64,000 nucleotides of DNA from Myxococcales bacterium (lineage in GTDB: Bacteria; Myxococcota_A; Polyangia; Polyangiales; DASUME01). A program made the position numbers and the translations under genes. The number at the start of each line of letters is the position of its first letter. Position 1 is the first letter of the stretch. The notes beneath the pieces were generated by a model. That model worked only from the letters and a program-made list of their open reading frames with translations. It searched no databases and was not told where the DNA came from. This document shows, piece by piece, positions 60,643-64,000 of this stretch. The stretch is from assembly GCA_047601445.1 (NCBI GenBank), contig JASGJH010000001.1, forward strand, positions 3,168,001 through 3,232,000, given 5' to 3'.

Positions 60643-60687
60643 GCTAGCCGGGGGCCGGACCGCCCGCCCGCGGCTAGCTCCGTTTCT
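60641..60687 (+). terminator. Possible hairpin/terminator after accC
   Basis: GAGCTAGCCG...CGGCTAGCTC inverted repeat with a weak U tract. Confidence 0.45.
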
Positions 60688-60895
60688 CGGCGCGCTGCCC
60701 CTCGAGTGCGCCGGAGCCGGGGGCGGGACGCGAGGCGATGGCGCCGGAACGGTGCTCAACCCTACGACTCCGCACGCTTTTCAGCCGAGTCGCAAGGCTT
60801 GACCCGGCGTCGATCGACGACCTACACTGGGGGCCTGGGAGCACGGTCCGTGTGTTCGGACGGGGGCACAAGGCGAGGCTGCCAGCAAAGGTCCT

Positions 60896-63800
60896 GTGGC
60901 GGTTAATCGCACAAAAGTTCTGGAAGCCGCGCAAAAGTTCCTTTCCAAGAACCAGTACGACAAGGCGATCGCCGAGTACCAGAAGCTGGTCGCGGAGGAC
61001 CCGCGCGACGTTCGCACGTTGCTCAAGATCGGTGATCTCCACACGCGCCGGAACAAGCCCAAGGACGCCATCGATGTCTACCTGCAGGTCGCGGAGCTCT
61101 ACGCGAAGCAGGGCTTCTTTCTGAAGGCCGTCGCCGTCTACAAGCAGATCCTCAAGCTCGAGCCCGCACACCTCGAATCGTCCCAGCGGCTCGCGAAGAT
61201 GTACGAAGAGCTCGGGCTCACCAACGACGCGCTCACCACCTACGAGCAAGTCGCAGACGCCTATTCGCGCGAAGGAGCCATCCCCAAGGCGCTCGAGACC
61301 ATGGAGCGCATGGTGGAGCTCGACGGCGGCAACGTGGCCGTGCGTATCAAGTACGCCGAGGCCCTCTCGCGCGCCGATCGACCGCGCGACGCCGCGCTGG
61401 CGTTCGCCGCCGGTGCCCGCTTGCTGAAGGAGCAGGGGCGCATGGACGACTATCTCCGGGTGGTGGAGCGCCAGCTCTATCACGACCCGGAGAACGTGCA
61501 GATCGCCCGTGAGCTGTCGAGCTTGTACCTGGAGCGCTCCGATCCCAAGCGCGCGCTGGCCAAGCTGCAGATCTGCTTCAAGGCCGATCCGCGCGACGTG
61601 GCCACCCTGGAGATGTTGGCCGAAGCATTCCGGCAGTTGGGCCAGGTGCCCAAGACGGTCAGCGTGTTCAAGGAGATCGCGCGCCTGCACGGCGAACTCG
61701 GGGCCCACGAGGCGAAGCGGCGCACCCTGGAGCGCGCCCTGGAGCTCGACCCGAGCGACGCGGAGGCAAAGCAGGCGCTGGCGGGCATGGGTTCGCTGGG
61801 TATGCCGGCCGCTGCGGCCAAGCCTGCCAAGCCTGCCAAGCCGGTCGCGCCCGTGGTCGAGGCCGAGGACGACGACGAGGTGGAGCTCGACCTGGACGCC
61901 AGCGAAGAGTCGGCGCAGGAGCTCGATGACTTCGTCGAAGATGAAGACGACGACGACGTCCTCCTGATCGACGAAGAGAGCTCCGCCGCGGTATCGGCGC
62001 CGGGCCACGAGTCACCCGAGCACCTGCTCGAACGTGCCGACGAGCTCGAGGCCGCCGGCAAGTACGACGAGGCCGAGCGGACCATCCAGAAGATCCTGCA
62101 GCAGCGCCCCGATCACGAAGATGCTCATGAGCGCCTGAAAGATCTCTATCTCGCCACCGATCGCCGAGACGACGCGGTGCGCGAGCTGCTTTGGCTCTCC
62201 GACGTGCTCACCGAGACGCAGCCCGAGCGCGCCGTGCAGCACGCGCGCACGGCCTACGACTTGGCGCCCGACTCGGACACCACGCGCAATCGCCTGCGCG
62301 CACTGGGAGTCAACGTGGAGCTCGAGTCCGATGGGCTCGGCTTCAGTCCCCCCTCCGAGCCCGCCACCAACGCCGACGAAGACGTGATGTTCTTCGACGA
62401 GCCCGGCACCTCCGACGTGACCTCCAGCGTCACCTCCTCGGACGACCTGCGCGATGCGGCCGACGACGAGCTGGATGCCATCTTGCCGCCCGTCAGCATG
62501 TCGCCTCCGGCGGCTGCCGAAGTGGTGCGCCCGGCCGCGCGCATGGGCAGCGCGCCGCCTTCGCGCTTCGATGGCAACGCGCCCGCGGCCGATGTGCTCG
62601 AGATTGAATTGCGCCCAGAGGACTTCGATCGTGCGCCGCCGGTGCGCGTCGGTCCGATGGACGACGGGTTGTGGGCCTTGCTCGATCACCCGCTTACTCC
62701 GGACGAGTTCCGCCCCGGTCCTTCCCAGTGGCCCGAGCCGACCACGGTGGCTTCCGCGAACGAGATCGATCCGCTCGACGCGCCAATTTCCCCGGACGAG
62801 TTCGACGCTCCGCCCCCCGCACGCGAACGCCTGTCGGTTCGCCCTCGCCTCGACGCAGACGACCTGCTCGATCGCCCGCTGGACAACGACGACTTCGGCC
62901 TCAGCGATTCACGCTTCGAGCGCTCGGGCACGCTCGGAGTCGACGATTCGAGCGCCGGTCTGCGCACCAACCCGCCGCCCTCCTCGTCGGAGGCCGTGTC
63001 GTTCAACTCGTTCGAGGAGCTCGGCAGTAGCGAGATCACCGTCCCACCGCCCTCCGAAGAGGTGCCTGCCGGACCCTCGCGCGAAGCTCTGCTGGACGAC
63101 GCCGACCTCGACTCTGGCCACATCGCCGCTGCGCCTGACGCCACCGTGCCCGGCGCGCCCATCCCGGATCTGCTCTGGAAGAGCAGCGGGGAGCTCGACA
63201 CCGAAACCGACGACCACGGTGGTGGCACCACGCGCGATGAGCTGCCCACCGCCCCGCCCCCGCCGTCCGACTCCGAGCCGCCCTTCGAGTCGCTGCCGCC
63301 CCCGGCCGCCGTGCCGACCCCGATTCCCGCCGCGGCAGTCGCAGCTCCCGCGCCGCCAGCCGTGCCTGCGCCGCCGCCCGTCGCAGCCGTACCGGCGCCG
63401 GTTCCGCCCGCTCCCGTGGCCGCGCCTACTGCCGAAGCTCCGTTCGTGCCCGCCCGTGCGCCCGTTTCCGAGCCTGCGTTCGTGGCGGCCCGCCCCCCCT
63501 CGCCTGCACCGGCTCCCGCGTCCCCGTTCGTAGCGGCTCGTCCGCCCGCGCCGGCTCCGGCGGCCGAAGCCATCGCTCCGGAAATCGAAGAGGTACTCGA
63601 CGAAGCCGACTTCTTCGCCTCCCAGGGCATGATGGACGAGGCGCTCGAGGCGGTTCAGGAGGCCATCCTCATCTACCCGAACAGTCAGGCGCTACGCGCA
63701 CGGCTGCTCGAGTACGAGGCCAAGGCCGACGCACAGGAAATTGCCGAAGAACAGGCCGAGCAGGCCGAGCAGGCCGACGACAGCTTCGACATCGCCGAGC

Positions 63801-64000
63801 AGCTGGCCAGCGAGCTCGCGGAGGTAGAGCCCACCACCAGCGTCGACGAGATGGTGGACGTCGAGTCGGTGTTCGCGCAGTTCAAGAAGGGCGTGGCAGC
63901 TCAAATCGCACCCGACGACTCTGACACGCACTTCGATCTCGGCATCGCCTACAAGGAAATGGGGCTCATCGACGACGCCATCCAGGAGTTCGACCTGGCG
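60896..64000 (+). CDS. sgmX: SgmX-like TPR protein (3' truncated; absent from ORF track)
   Basis: GTG start. NRTKVLEAAQKFLSKNQYDKAIAEYQK..GFFLKAVAVYKQILK at the N-terminus. FAQFKKG..DTHFDLGIAYKEMGL at the window end, in the same frame. Confidence 0.85.
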   Translation, partial: MAVNRTKVLEAAQKFLSKNQYDKAIAEYQKLVAEDPRDVRTLLKIGDLHTRRNKPKDAIDVYLQVAELYAKQGFFLKAVAVYKQILKLEPAHLESSQRLAKMYEELGLTNDALTTYEQVADAYSREGAIPKALETMERMVELDGGNVAVRIKYAEALSRADRPRDAALAFAAGARLLKEQGRMDDYLRVVERQLYHDPENVQIARELSSLYLERSDPKRALAKLQICFKADPRDVATLEMLAEAFRQLGQVPKTVSVFKEIARLHGELGAHEAKRRTLERALELDPSDAEAKQALAGMGSLGMPAAAAKPAKPAKPVAPVVEAEDDDEVELDLDASEESAQELDDFVEDEDDDDVLLIDEESSAAVSAPGHESPEHLLERADELEAAGKYDEAERTIQKILQQRPDHEDAHERLKDLYLATDRRDDAVRELLWLSDVLTETQPERAVQHARTAYDLAPDSDTTRNRLRALGVNVELESDGLGFSPPSEPATNADEDVMFFDEPGTSDVTSSVTSSDDLRDAADDELDAILPPVSMSPPAAAEVVRPAARMGSAPPSRFDGNAPAADVLEIELRPEDFDRAPPVRVGPMDDGLWALLDHPLTPDEFRPGPSQWPEPTTVASANEIDPLDAPISPDEFDAPPPARERLSVRPRLDADDLLDRPLDNDDFGLSDSRFERSGTLGVDDSSAGLRTNPPPSSSEAVSFNSFEELGSSEITVPPPSEEVPAGPSREALLDDADLDSGHIAAAPDATVPGAPIPDLLWKSSGELDTETDDHGGGTTRDELPTAPPPPSDSEPPFESLPPPAAVPTPIPAAAVAAPAPPAVPAPPPVAAVPAPVPPAPVAAPTAEAPFVPARAPVSEPAFVAARPPSPAPAPASPFVAARPPAPAPAAEAIAPEIEEVLDEADFFASQGMMDEALEAVQEAILIYPNSQALRARLLEYEAKADAQEIAEEQAEQAEQADDSFDIAEQLASELAEVEPTTSVDEMVDVESVFAQFKKGVAAQIAPDDSDTHFDLGIAYKEMGLIDDAIQEFDLA

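Overview
High-GC, gene-dense chromosomal segment, most likely from a myxobacterium (Myxococcota). The evidence is a MYXO-CTERM-type protease, MglC- and SgmX-like polarity proteins, Hanks-type kinases and many TPR proteins. Housekeeping content includes rplU-rpmA, addBA, accD-folC-hemD-hemE-hemH-hemY, mglC-aroQ-accB-accC-sgmX and a group 2-like sigma-70 gene. No CRISPR array, prophage, integrase or transposase was seen. The best candidate for an undescribed system is a compact lipid or natural-product cluster at 39866-46012: FAAL, two ACPs, a KS/chain-length-factor pair and an alpha-oxoamine synthase, resembling a dissociated RedL or a sphingoid-base assembly line. Other highlights are an intact tRNA-Leu with the rare AAG anticodon, an EpmC-like HExxH domain fused to a YkgJ-type Cys cluster, a sigma54-type promoter with a long structured leader in front of the sigma factor, and an RGG/GGFEKK repeat protein. 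Three single-base frameshifts (hemE, a PHA-system gene and the repeat protein) look like assembly errors, so single-base observations need read-level checks. All family assignments come from motif recognition by eye; no database searches were run.
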